64,000 nt of DNA from Adineta vaga (Eukaryota > Animalia > Rotifera). Location of the stretch: positions 7,626,001 to 7,690,000 of the forward strand of contig CP075496.1 of NCBI GenBank assembly GCA_021613535.1. Reading direction: 5' to 3'. The notes under the pieces are model-generated. The model saw only the letters and a list, made by a program, of their open reading frames with translations, did not search any database and was not told where the DNA came from. Below are positions 1 to 24,378 of the stretch, piece after piece (the first letter of the stretch is position 1; each line of letters opens with the position of its first letter). Position numbers and translations under genes: made by a program.

Positions 1-1395
1 CTTTACTCAGTAAATCTAATTCTCTTTTTTTTCGATCTTTCGATTATATCTTACCATCAACATTGATAAATTCCACTTCCACACAATTGTCTTCTGTTAA
101 TTGGTACGTAAACACGTCGATTCTAGCAGATCGTATGATATTTTCCACATCATCGTATGACATTATTTTTTCGTCGGGAAAACGAATGATAATCGTATCA
201 AATTCGTATACTTGTACTATCGATAAATCTCTTCCTTGTAATTGTGATTTCGTTTGATACTGTTTATAAACTTTTTTGAATTCTATTAAAAACAAGAAGT
301 CAAACAGAATTTTGTTATTCGAAAAGTAAACATTACCTATTTCATTATTACATTGAATTAGACAAATTTGTTCATCTGTTGTTGAAAAATCAGTTAGTGT
401 GAATTGAATATTATTTCCAATTAGTAACGAAAGATATAATTTAATACGATTTTCAGCTATTTTATCTTGTTTATTATTCAAGACACTTTTCAGTACAAAA
501 CTAGTTCGATCAATTAGTTGTTTTGAACGTTTAAATTTAATGTCATGTTTACTAAAAGTTGGAATTTGTGAATTCAATAATTTCTCTATATCTAAAGTAA
601 TAAAAGCAAAGCGTAGAAAACTTTCGTTTGAAAAACAAACGAGCAAATCTTACCATTAGTTGGATCTAATTGAATTGTAACACGTCGAAAATATTCATTT
701 TCACTTTCACTTAATTTCTTTTCGATGGTATAATTTTCTACATTTAAACTCATTTCAATAATTTCTATATCGATTTGTGGTGCATAATACGATGATGGAA
801 AACTAATATCGACTTGTTTATCACTATCATCTTTTATAATATTTAATTGTACAGGACTCGTTGGATTTGATTGCTTAGTAAACGTTTGAGGGCGATAAGT
901 AGGTTTTGTGCAAGTCGTCTCAATCGAATTAATCGAACAAGTAAATGAGCATCAACATGTCGACAATCCAATTGTTCAATAATCTTTCGATTTTCACCAT
1001 GACTAAAATCATGTGGATAACGACAGTTCGGTATTTTACAATGACCAAATTCACGACATAAATGAAGTTTTCCACATGATGTTACTGCATTATGACAGCG
1101 ACCAGAAAGAAATGCTTCACAAATATCGAGCTATATAAAAGAAAATCATTAGTTTATTTTAGAGAAAAAACGTTCAATCGATTACTGTTGGTTCAACATG
1201 AATTGTAATGGAATTATCTTTATTGATTACTAATTGAAATAAAGTTGGACTGAGTACTCGAATTTCACGACGGATTTCTTCAGTATAACATTGTGTACCT
1301 TGAGCTATAAGTGCAAGGCTAATTTGTGAATCTTTTAAGACAAGAAGTTGTTTAGCGAGAAAAATTTCAATAATTTTGTTTGATAGATCTGTCAT
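1..1395 (-). CDS. ZAP/PARP12-like N-terminal CCCH zinc-finger protein followed by RRM-like domains; 3' end runs off the window; contains an apparent frameshift at ~844-950
   Basis: Splicing ORF 1174-1395 (donor after ...VEPT at ~1186) to an acceptor at 1131 gives LDICEAFLSGRCHNAVTSCGKLHLCREFGHCKIPNCRYPHDFSHGENRKIIEQLDC. This matches the C..C..C..LHLC..GxC..C..H pattern of the ZAP/PARP12 N-terminal fingers. Further exons at ~654-950, ~337-591 and ~55-282 have canonical GT-AG junctions. Confidence 0.65.
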
Positions 1396-1918
1396 TATGG
1401 AAAAAATAACATCTAAAAATGAAATGAAAGAAAACGTTTTTCATGCTTTCATTTATGAAGAAAAAACCCACAGAATGATAAAAAACACGAACACGTGTCA
1501 TCGACACTAAAGAATAGAAAGAGAAAGAAAAAAAGACATGATTTTCACATACAGTACTTACATTTCTTTTACTCATGATATGAAATATATTTTGTTGCAT
1601 TGAGTAATAAATCTTCCAAAAGTCATCTCAAATGATATTTCTATAATATTTTCACACATTCTTATCAACTATCTTTAACTTACACACATTACACTATAAC
1701 AAATAAATATTTAGATATAGTCTGCATACATATATAAATTACAAGGGCCAGTTCTGATGAATGAATATTGAAGTTTATTTTTAATATTGATTTTCAACAA
1801 ATGAAGAGAGTAACATTCATTATGAATATTTATTCATAATAATAATGTTTCTTGTTTTTTTTTATTGAATACAAAAGAAAACCAAAGGAACAGTAACAAC
1901 AAAAAGTAGTGTCTGATT

Positions 1919-2122
1919 TCATTTTTCTAATGGTGTATAATTCAATAATTTTTCGATGAGATCAACATGGGATAATAACATACGACGACAACAATATCGT
2001 TTAAGACCAAGTACATCAAGTGCATCACCTTCTGTGTATTCACATCGTAATAATTCAATGTAAGCTTCCCATTTATTTCCAATAACTTTGCCACAAGTGA
2101 AACAACGAATTGGTATAATCAT
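1919..2122 (-). CDS. POLR2L: DNA-directed RNA polymerases I/II/III subunit RPABC5 (RPB10)
   Basis: [21 protein letters not shown]...[23 protein letters not shown] is near-canonical RPB10, 67 aa, in a single coding exon. Confidence 0.98.
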   Translation of the reverse strand: MIIPIRCFTCGKVIGNKWEAYIELLRCEYTEGDALDVLGLKRYCCRRMLLSHVDLIEKLLNYTPLEK

Positions 2123-2404
2123 TCTTATTTATTTGATTTTCTTTTCTAAAATCTGAAAGTAGATGAAGATATTATATCTGTAACTGCAACGAAATGAAAT
2201 GAGTTGCTTTTATAATGTGCAATCAAAGATGATGTTCTACTACAGAATATAAAACCTTTCATTCAATCTACCAATCCATGATTGGCGCCACAATAGAAGT
2301 TATTTCAGAGCATTATCTTTATTCAGAATTTAAAGAGAATAAAATATTCCTGATGAAGATTTATCAGTAACACAATATAATTAAAAATAAGTGAAAGCAC
2401 ATTT

Positions 2405-7747
<5,343 letters not shown>

Positions 7748-8792
7748 TTGAAATTCAATAAAGAATTCTCTTGCTGTCCTTGAATCTTCTATTTCTCTTC
7801 TGTCAGTATTTATTTGCTTTTCAAACAATGATATGATGTTCGAGCATTTTTATTACATATATTTGGTAAGTGATTATAAGAAAGCCAGAAAGACGTCACA
7901 CAGTATATATGTCGACCAATCAGATCATTTATAAACATGCGTCATCAGTAAATTGTTCTGAGTTTGAAACAACAAGCAAGAATCTTCAATGATAACGAAT
8001 CAATCAGTTTACTCTTTCACTTCTGATAGATAAGAAAGCAGACTGTTCGTGTGATGTTACGCTGTGTATATCGAAAGAAATAGACCAGCCGGCACTTTCA
8101 AAATAGATATTTATCAGACCCGTCAAATTTCATGTGCAACTTCAAAGAGCGAGAGAAATTAACGAAAATTACGGTTCAAAAAGATGTTTATACCTAACTA
8201 TATTTTTGAGAGTGCGGGTATGTGTTTCATTACTCATCTAACATCTACACATGCCTTCGTAAAAAGCGTACCGAGCTTGAGAGGATGTAGTACATATTAC
8301 TTCAGTTCTCATTATCCTAATTTAATAACTGTAACGTAAGCATTATATGTATTTTCAACAACGTATAGAACACGATCAAGATTATTATTTCTTCAATACT
8401 ATTGCTGGTTTCAACTGCACACCAATGAAATATAGAAGAAAATAATATTCTATCAAAGACTACAAGTAATCAACGTTGACTAGAGACATCACTACTTCCG
8501 AACAATTTTTCAAACCACACCCTCTATAAGTAATACAAACCGGAGTGCATGCGAAAACAAACAATCTTGTTATATAAGGTTCAATCAAGTATATTTGTCT
8601 ATCATCATCAGTATTACTATTAAAACTAATTTTTCTCGAATTTTCAGTTGATAAATGTATAATATAGAGTATTGTAGAAAAATTAAAAACCTTTTTCCTA
8701 TATTATTTTTCTAACTTTTTCATTAAAAGAATATAAAATATTCATACAAAAATCAGTTATCTATAAAAATATGCATATACTAAACTTCAACA

Positions 8793-14322
<5,530 letters not shown>

Positions 14323-16228
14323 CTTCAAAACTAAAAATGAACTTTCCAGTAAAATACTCACAATTTACTCTCTAGTCAATTTTTACTCAATTTCAAAAAG
14401 TTTTTAGGAAAACAATGTTAATATAACTTTTTCTTTACGCTAAGTTAAAAATCTTTCACAAAAGATTCGAATGATCACTCGAACTTGTTAAAAAAACTCT
14501 TCAAAGAAAACTTTCTCTCATTATTTTCAATGACGGAAGTGAATAAAACTACCGACATATTATTTATCTTTATTATACCCTTTCTACTAACATGATATGC
14601 CGCAAGTGACTTGTTACAAGAAGAATTACTTAGACCAAACAAGGTTAATTGCTATTTTAAGTTACAATTATCCTATATATACTCGATGTAAATAAGAATA
14701 TCTTTTTATATTCTACAGAAATAACATTTCATTTATCTTTATCATCAATAGAGTGAAGAATAAGAATGTCTAATTACCGAGATTTAATGTCGTAATCAAA
14801 AGTTGATCTAAACTACGACTACAAACGTTTTTACGAACTTAAAGCAATTTCTACATGTTTTCTTTTTATCTAGTTCGCCATTTATGAAGGAAAAAGAAAT
14901 GTCAACAACACGTCGTATTTTTAGATACGACGATAGACTGTTAGACTTCCAAATAAAATATCACAAAAGAAGATAGAACAAACAAAACAAAGTGTCAGAT
15001 ATTTTCTTGGTTACAGCAATAAAGAGTTGTCTGCGAAACGAAAGAACCATTTATTCTAGCTTCAATCAATGTATTAGACGATAGACAAATCTAGTGTAAG
15101 ATCAATAGTACATTCTTATCTTCCATATCTAGGTTCGTCTCTTGAAATCAATAAACAAAAGAAATATACATTTATATATCAACGAATTTACTCTATTAGA
15201 TATGAGTATGACTTAAAAATAACTACATTATGAGTGATTTTAAAAAAATATATAAAACGTTAAAGCAAAGAAACCTATTCAACTGTAACAAATCTCATCA
15301 TTTATCGGTTGCATACTCGCTTTTATGACACAAATATAATGCATATACGAATAATAAAATCAAAAGTAAATAGATGTCGATAGAAGAATTTGATTCGAAA
15401 TCAAAAGGATTCCTTTCTTTAGATGCATATTTGATCATTAGTTTTACTTGTTGTTTTCATTCAATCAAACGTACTCAAATCAAAAACTAGACTTTTACCT
15501 TTCTCTCTCGACGCTATTCCACATACGTTTCGATTTTAATTAACTTTGTATGCTTTTTGTGTGATTATTCAGTTGAAAACACATCGTATATTCTCTCGAG
15601 TATTCAATAAAGAACATTCTCGAGAAGAAAAAGAAGAAAAAGAAGATATAAAAATAAGTTTTCTTCAAGAAATCTGTTCTTTCAAGGTCTTTCAGTCTAT
15701 TATAATTATTATATTTCTGTTGTGAACATTATATAAAGAAGGATTATTAACTCAGCACAAAAAAAAAATAAACGGAAATCACCTACTAAGCACTAATAGA
15801 TCAATTGCTTGATGAATCAACTTTCTGTAATATGTCAAAATTTCTATCAATTACATTCGTATATAGTTTCTCTGGAAAGGTTATGCTCGATTCTTTTTCT
15901 TTTTCGAATCGAAATAAAACAAAATTCCATTACAATTTATAATAATAACGAGAATTTTTTATCTCGCATGCTGCGTGCGTTCTTTACTTGAAATATCTGA
16001 ATTTATTAATCAATGTCTGTCATCTTCAGGAATATTTCATTGGTTAAGAACAAGAACTTCCATCTATATATGAAGAAGGTGTTCGTTGTTTTTCTGATTG
16101 GTTATTTCTCATCTGACGTTCACTCACTCACAGATAGTTTGTTTTGGTACATACGAACGATATTGATATTTACTCTTTTCAAATTTCAATTACGAAGAAA
16201 TAAACAATAACTAATAGATATTTTCTAG

Positions 16229-17631
16229 ATGTTTTTTCGATATTTCATAACGGTGCTTTTATTTTTATTCACATCTGCTATTGATCCATTCGAAAAATTT
16301 GCTGAATCAACTACACGTCATACAAATAATTGGGCTATTCTTGTTGATACATCACGATTTTGGTTCAATTATCGACATGTAGCTAATGTACTTTCTATTT
16401 ATCGTAGTGTTAAACGACTTGGTAAGATTTTCTCATAGAAATGCTAAGAAACTAAATTCATCAACAGACACTAAAAATAATCCATAGAAAGGAATTCTTT
16501 TCAATTGCATAATAAGCTTTCGATGCACTTTTTGTTTATCTTTCTGATAGACAGACACATCTGTTATACTTTATATGTCATAAATTCCTTAAGATAAAGC
16601 TCACTATAGGATAAGTAACTGTTTTCATAGAAAGCTAAGAAAAAAAAGAAGCTATGATTAGAATCTTCTTTTTATATATGTAGTCATTCGCATAGAAAAT
16701 TGATTAATGATTCTGTTCATCATTTATTGATGATGACAGTCAGATTCTATAAAGGAATATGATTGATGATAATACTTTTATTACATCTTTAGGAATACCC
16801 GATTCAAATATCATTCTTATGTTAGCTGATGACATGGCATGTAATGCTCGTAATCCACGTCCAGCTGAGATATTTAATAATGTTGCTGAACAAATTAATG
16901 TTTATGGTGATGATGTTGAAGTTGATTATCGTGGTTATGATGTGACTGTAGAAAATTTTGTTCGCGTATTAACAAATCGTTTACCTGAAGTTACACCTGT
17001 TTCTAAACGTCTTCTATCAGATGAAAGTTCAAATATATTTATCTATATGACTGGTCATGGTGGAGATGGTTTTCTTAAATTTCAAGATAATGAAGAAATA
17101 TCTGCTGTTGAATTAGCTGATGTATTTGAACAAATGTGGCGAAAAAAACGTTATCATGAACTTTTCTTCGTTGTTGATACATGTCAAGCAGCAACGTTAT
17201 TTGAAAAATTTTATTCACCTAATATATTGGCTGTTGGTTCATCGAAACGTGGTGAAGATTCTCTCTCACATCATGTCGATCCAAAGATTGGTGTTTATGT
17301 TATTGATCGTTTTACGTATTATGCACTTGAATTTTTAGAAAAATTAAAACAAGATTCTCAAAAGACGATCAATGACTTTTTTCATTGTTGTCCAAAACAT
17401 TTATGCATATCAGAAGTAACATGGCGAACAGATTTATTTACTAAACGTGATTATCGAAAAACACTATTAACAGATTTTATTGGAAATGTTCGACGAACAG
17501 ATATTGTTATGTTAGATAATCAATTTTTGAATAATATTGTTCTGAATTCCACAAATGACGCAAATACAAATAAGGAAGATCAATCGAAACAACAATTTAC
17601 TTATATTTCACAAATGCCAATAATGGACTAA
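16229..17631 (+). CDS. PIGK: GPI-anchor transamidase catalytic subunit (GPI8/PIG-K, peptidase C13); exons 16229-16421 and 16793-17631
   Basis: Signal peptide, [56 protein letters not shown], catalytic His in YMTGHGGDGFLKFQD and catalytic Cys in DTCQA. Confidence 0.96.
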
Positions 17632-19208
17632 TCTGTGATTCAAATCTGTATAAAAAAATTCCTTTTTTTCCTCTTTCTCTATTACAAAAACAAAGAACAT
17701 ATCCAATTGATTTCGGTTGGAAAAACTCTCTTTCGATTGTTTTTGTCATAACATCATAGGGTAATGGTTTAAAACTTTACTAACAGACTAAGTCGATTCA
17801 TTATAAGACAAATATTCATCTTCAAGATAATAAGAATGACACATTGTTTTTTTCCAAAATGTATGAATCATTGTGAGAGCAACCAGTATATTTCAGTGGT
17901 TCTTTTCTTTTCTTAAGAATAGTCATTTAAAGTTACGCCTTTCTCGCAAACATTTACATGTATTTTTTGTTATGCAGTGGACGAATAGAAGTAAAGGATT
18001 GTTAAATAATATTATTTTCAGGAAATAACTCAAATGTATATAGACGTATGTTAGATATAGAAAATGTTATTCGTATTTTTAACGTCGAGAAACATACATT
18101 CCACCTATTTATGATGATTTAATTATATATTGTTTGTATAAATAGTTCTTTGAAGTTAAGAATATTATTTTAGAAGATATGTTTTTCATGGCATAGATTA
18201 TTTACATTAGCATTTGAAATAGAAGAGATGTTTTTTGTACTTAACATGAAGACCTGTGACCCAAGAGAAGGTTATAATGTCCTTGAATGTCGAAAGAAAA
18301 TAAATAGATCCTAAGCTTTTTGTTTGCATTATTTCTAAAAAGAAGTTTGTCTAACGAAACATCGTTTTCGGTTAATAAAAATCTGAATTTCATAGTTAAC
18401 ACTACATTTTATCTGATATCAAATAAAGAAGAAGCGAAACAGACACTTTTTGAAATTATTATCCGATTATCTTTTCTTATCTTATCTTTATAAACCCATA
18501 AAACACCTTTCTATCCAATAATTCTTATCGTTCATTGTAAATAAGCACTATAACAACATAATCTTTTTCTATTAACATAGTAGCAAATTAATAATATTAA
18601 TAATTTTATTTTTAGATTTTTTTTTCTTTAATTCATCAACAGTGACTTGCTCTTTTATGAAGATCAATAGCTTTTGGGTATGTCTGTTTGTTTTGCATTG
18701 TCATCCTTTATGTGATCGTAAATCGTCGAAGAAAACATGTGGCATGTTGTTTTTCTTCGACACACGACCTATATCTCTTCTTCTTCTTTTTTCTCTCTCT
18801 CTCTCTATTTCTCCCTACACATTTCTTTTCATATATTAAACAGACCTTCTCATGCACTTTCTCGTCTCTTCTCTCCTTTTCATTTAACAAGGTATACTTT
18901 CTGAGTAACCTTCATCATCTTTACAACGAAAACTTTGTCCATCAATAGAAGGTGTGTCGAACATTTTTCTTTTCTTATCGTTGACATTGACGTCTTTGCT
19001 AATCTCACTAAAATAGTTTATGCATCTTTTTTACATGAGATCTCTCTTTCTTTTTTCTCGTTTGACTAAAATATACAGCATTACGTGTCATTTGTAAATG
19101 ACTCATTGTATTGCGTAACTATTTTAATAATATAATATGTATACATAGCGGGATATTTCTTTTTAGTATCTGATTTGAATAGCCTGTAACGATTGATAAT
19201 CTACAATA

Positions 19209-22200
19209 ATGACATCAGTAACTAAGAAGTTATTTTCTGCCTTAACAAGTGCCTATAGAAATATCAATCCGTCCACATTGAATGGTAAGTATTTGAAAAA
19301 CAAATTTCGTTAGTTTTTCTATTTCCATGTGAATTCTTGTTTGGTTTTGTAGGTGCTATTGATATTATTGTGGTCAAACAAGAAGATGGAACACTTCGCT
19401 GTACACCATTTCATGTTCGTTTTGGAAAATTGGGTGTTTTACAAAGTTCCCAGAATAAAGTAAATATAATAAAATAGACAGTGTGAAATTGTGTTTCTTA
19501 CCTTGAGTCAGTCATGCATCGAACTCGAATGTTGAGGTTTGCTCTTGAGTTCAATTATTATTAAAAGTACAAAAATTCAAGGTCTCCGCATCGCTATGGA
19601 GAAGAGAATTCTTTAATATAGCTACCTAGTCAATCAAAGAATTTATGTTAATTATCGCAATGATCTATTATTTATAAATTTTCTCTACTTTGTTTTTTAG
19701 GTATATATAACCATAAATGATGTACCGGTCGAAGATTTATTTATGCAACTAGGCGAAGCCGGTGAAGCTGTCTTCATTGAAGAAAATACTGTTAGTTAAT
19801 AGAATAATCAATTCAATATAACTCCATTTCTTTTATTTAAATTTAGAATACACCGGTTATGGCACCAGTTCGTCATATGGAACCATCTGATTCGAACAAT
19901 TTTCTTGATCCCGATAATTTAATTTCATTAAACCCTAATAATCATACTCATGGGCATTTATCGAGTATTGATTGTTCACCTCAAATAATCAATAAAGAAC
20001 TTGACGAAACAAAAGCAAATGAAAATCATCAACCTAGAGAAGAATATATTTACGAACAAGATTCAAAGCCCATCATAAATATCGATGTATTACATTCCAA
20101 TACAATAATGTCATCACGTCGTCGATGTAAGCGACGATTATTAAATCGTTCCGTTCAATTTAGTAGACAAATTAGTGAGGATGATGAACAAGATACTTTT
20201 AAACAATTTTCCTCGTTAAAACGTCGTTCACGTGTTCGTAAACGTGATTCAACACCAATCACAGCAGATACGAATATCAATGAGACAGTTCGTTCATCAA
20301 TTACACTTTTACGTAAACGTAGTGCAAGTGAAAATGATATTCCATTGTTTCAATTTGATTTGGAATCTACACCATTCGTTGATGTTCATAGTCGGCTCAA
20401 TAGTATTGATATTCGTCCAAAAACTCTCAATTTAAATGATATGGACAAAGGATGCCAAACAGATGATGAGGAAAATAATAATGAACAGATAATACGAGCT
20501 CTATCAAATCCAATAGTAATCGAACAATCATATGAAACAACGAATATGCCCGTTGAACAAACAGATATATTAAATAGTTCTATTCTATCACAATCAGCAC
20601 CATTAGAAGGTACAAATACTAATACCATTCGCATTAGTCAATCGGATGAACGAACAAATGATTTTGATTGTTCACCGACATCATCTTATCAGAGGTAGGT
20701 TCATTATTCTTTGGCAACAAAAGAATAGTAGCAATATTTTTTCTCAATAGTGCGTTATCTCCACGACCCACAAGTCCAAAATCAGACACTGAATATGAAT
20801 TAGAAAAATCTTCGCAACCATCACCGAGCGTGGGTTGGCAATGGAAATGGGGTGAATTACCTGAACAACGACAAAGTATGTTTAGATATTTATGGCCATC
20901 GTCATCAAAGAAAACGTCACCAAAAGAGGGCGTGTATCTTGATGATATTACAAATAATCGATGTGCAGATCGATCACTTTATTTACCACAGTTGTAAGTT
21001 GTTTTTTATTTGAATGAATTGCTGAGAAGGAGTCATTCAATCTTTTATCAAATTCCAAATAGAATAAACTTGTATACTTTTAGGGATTATCATCAAAATC
21101 AACTACGAGCAACAAACGATGATGATCAAGAATCTGGAACAGGAAATTCAATTCCACAATCACCATTTCGTGAACATGAAACTTCGTATGTAAACGTATA
21201 CAATACTGAACTATTCAATAATTTCACAAAACACAGAATTTCATTCTAAAATAGATTTTTTTAATATAATATTATTCGTATGTTTATCGGTGTACATTAC
21301 AAATTCTTATTTCTAGTTGTCTTCTTGGCGATGCTCAACTATCTCTTTGTGGTAATATTAATAAACAATCAACAATCTCAGATGAAATATTCAATGCACA
21401 TCTTGTTTCTTATGAAACATTTGTTAATAATCCAGCGATTATTAATGATGCAAATTTAGTTGTGCGAATTAATGGAAAGTATGTTTCAAATTGTGTCTAC
21501 GAATAGAAATTGAATATTATTATCTATACTTTAGATATTATAATTGGAGTGTTGCTTCAGCATTGATTACAGCTACAAGTATATTTCACAAACAGCTACC
21601 GACTGAAGCAATTGAACAATTACAAGATAAACATATGGCACAAGCAAAACCACGGACAACAGGAGGTGGTTGGTGGTTACCATTTTACAGCAAAAAAGTA
21701 AGAGAAATCTATACATTTCACATCTAATCAATGCTTCTTTCTTTCATAGTCGGATATGAAGAATGAAACGCCAAAATTAACAACACCAACAACAGCTACT
21801 GATAATATTCCAGCAGCTGCTAAATCTGAAATGCTTCCTTCGATAACAACTCGTCCTGATTCACTTGATACTCCTCAATCTGAAATTTTAGCACCAACAT
21901 TAGCTCGTCATAATTCTTTGCATAATCCGATAACAAAAAAGGATTCGTAAGTTAAACTAACGTTTCTTTCTATTTAACAGAGATGTCCTTGTTCTTCTCT
22001 CTAGTAAATCTGATAATGATAGTGAACAAGAAGATAGCGAAGTACAAAAATTAACTGCAAAAATGGAACAAGAAAAAATTCAACCTCGGCCACGTTCATC
22101 ATCAACACATTCGGCTCAACATTCCACTTTAAAAAAGACAATGATACTTTCATCTGATCAATTAAAACGTTTAAATCTTAAATTAGGCAAAAATAAAGTC

Positions 22201-23344
22201 GAATTTAGTGTCACAACTGCATTACAAGGCACAACAATAGTTGAATCAAATATATTCTTTTTTGATCATATGACAAAATTTGTTATTTCTGATATTGATG
22301 GAACAATAACAAAGTAAGAAATCGCTTCTTCTTTTTCTTCTTTCGAAATTTTCATTGAGAATAACTATTATTTACAGATCTGATGTTTTGGGTCATATTA
22401 TACCATTAGTTGGTGGCGATTGGTCACACGATGGTATTGCTGAATTTTTTAATGCTATTCAAGAAAATGGTTATCAATTTATTTACTTATCGGCACGTGC
22501 GATTGGACAAAGTCAAATAACACGAAATTTTTTGAAAAATATCAAACAATCGAATAGAGAATTACCTGTTGGACCATTACTTATTTCGCCGGATTCGTTA
22601 ATGATTGCACTTTATCGGTTTGTATTTATCGTATGAAATCATATTTAATTATGAGTTTCGTTTTTGATTATTGTAGAGAAGTTATTGCGAAAAAGCCTGA
22701 AGATTTTAAAATCGAATGTTTAAAAAATATTGCGAGTCTTTATCCAGGCAAAAATCCATTTTACGCTGGTTTTGGTAATCGAATTAATGTAAGCTTTTTC
22801 TTTGTTTGATATCGGATTTTATTTCCTATTATTTTATTCTAGGATCAATGGGCATATACTGCTGTTGGTATTCCGGTGACTCGCATTTATACTATAAATC
22901 CACGTGGTGAAGTTGTTCGTCAAAAATTATCTCAAGCTTTGTTAACTTCGTATGTTATACATCATTTATTTCTTCTTTTAACAAGTATTTGTTTTCTAAA
23001 ATATTTATAGATATAAGAATTTACATGAAATCGTCGATCTTTTATTTCCACCTATGGATTCCTTTTCTGCTAGTGAAACATATTCAGTTTATACATATTG
23101 GCGTGAAGAACCTGCAGTTGATTTTTTCGAAGAAGAAATACGTGCAGAATTAGAAGAAATTTCTAAACGACAAAAATCAACAAAAGCAAATGCTAAAACT
23201 AAATCTACAACATCAGCAGCAGCATCGACTCCAACTGTTAGTAATCCGCCGAAAACAACGCCTACAACAACTATATTGAAACCTAGTGGTGATAAATTAT
23301 TAACTATTGCTCAAGCAACTGAGAATACAGTCAAACGAGCATAA
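19209..23344 (+). CDS. LPIN: Lipin / phosphatidate phosphatase (LPIN/Pah1); multi-exon
   Basis: N-LIP domain ([37 protein letters not shown]), WQWKWGELP, middle domain (LSLCG...YYNWSVA), and C-LIP HAD motif [34 protein letters not shown]. Confidence 0.95.
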
Positions 23345-24378
23345 GAAAAAAAAACTAGATGATTTCCGCTGTTGCTACTATTTTTTTTTATTGAATCATG
23401 TCAGATAAGTTTATCCAACGACGATGTATATGGTTATTCCTATATTTTATTGAGATTTTCATTACATGATTCCTTTGATGAATGTCTTTTCGTTTTCTTT
23501 CATGGAAACTTATGTGCTTGTATTTATTTGGCTGCAGTTTTCTTTTTTTTCCTTCCCCTCCTGTTTTAAAATGACTTACAAAAAGAGAGAAAAACCCAAT
23601 GAAACATATACATATATAAACCAAGAGAATATCATAAAAATATATTCGAAATGAAAAATCAATCTCTTTCATTTACTAAATCATCAATAACGATATCTAT
23701 GGAATGTAAAATATGACAATAATTAATGAGAATATCATTTCAGAAAGTCATAATAACAGCATATATTGTTCTATGGAACGTATGATGAACCCAAAGGGAA
23801 CTTCAAGTTCAAACACAATATTTCTTCCCATGATCTGTTTTTACTTTTTTTATTTGGATATTTATTTATATGAAAATAGCAAATCGACATACATATCCGA
23901 TGCTAGCTGATGTTCGAAACTCATTTTCACGCATATCTCGTAAACATCAAACTTTTCTTATGAAATTGAAGTACGTTTATACTTGAATGAACATATACCT
24001 ATAGTGTAATTTGATGTTTTCAATGACGTTCATTGTCATGATTGATGGGAAATCTCAATGAAATGTCTAATTACTTAGCGATATGTTGTTAGCTGGAAAA
24101 CTTTGTTGACTCACTAATATCTAGTAACATGTTCGAAAAAGATTGACAAGGATATATTGTTAGAGAATATTTATTAAATAAGAATATGAACAGATGAATA
24201 AATTTAGAAGATCTAAATACAATAAAACATCGAGACATTCATAGGTCGACTTAACTTCAGGATATCCTTTGAGGTTACTTTTATAATTTACACTCTAATT
24301 TACTGTAATCGCTTCATTTTTCATTATTTAATCGTAATAAATTAAAGATAAATCGATGTGATATTTTTGATTTTCATT

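Noticed and set aside
14330-16210. Long intergenic region with short ORFs (15809-15991, 16013-16210); possible transposon
   Set aside because: AT-rich, with low-complexity translations and no terminal repeats or transposase/RT motifs; most likely the divergent promoter region of ABCC paralog 2 and PIG-K.
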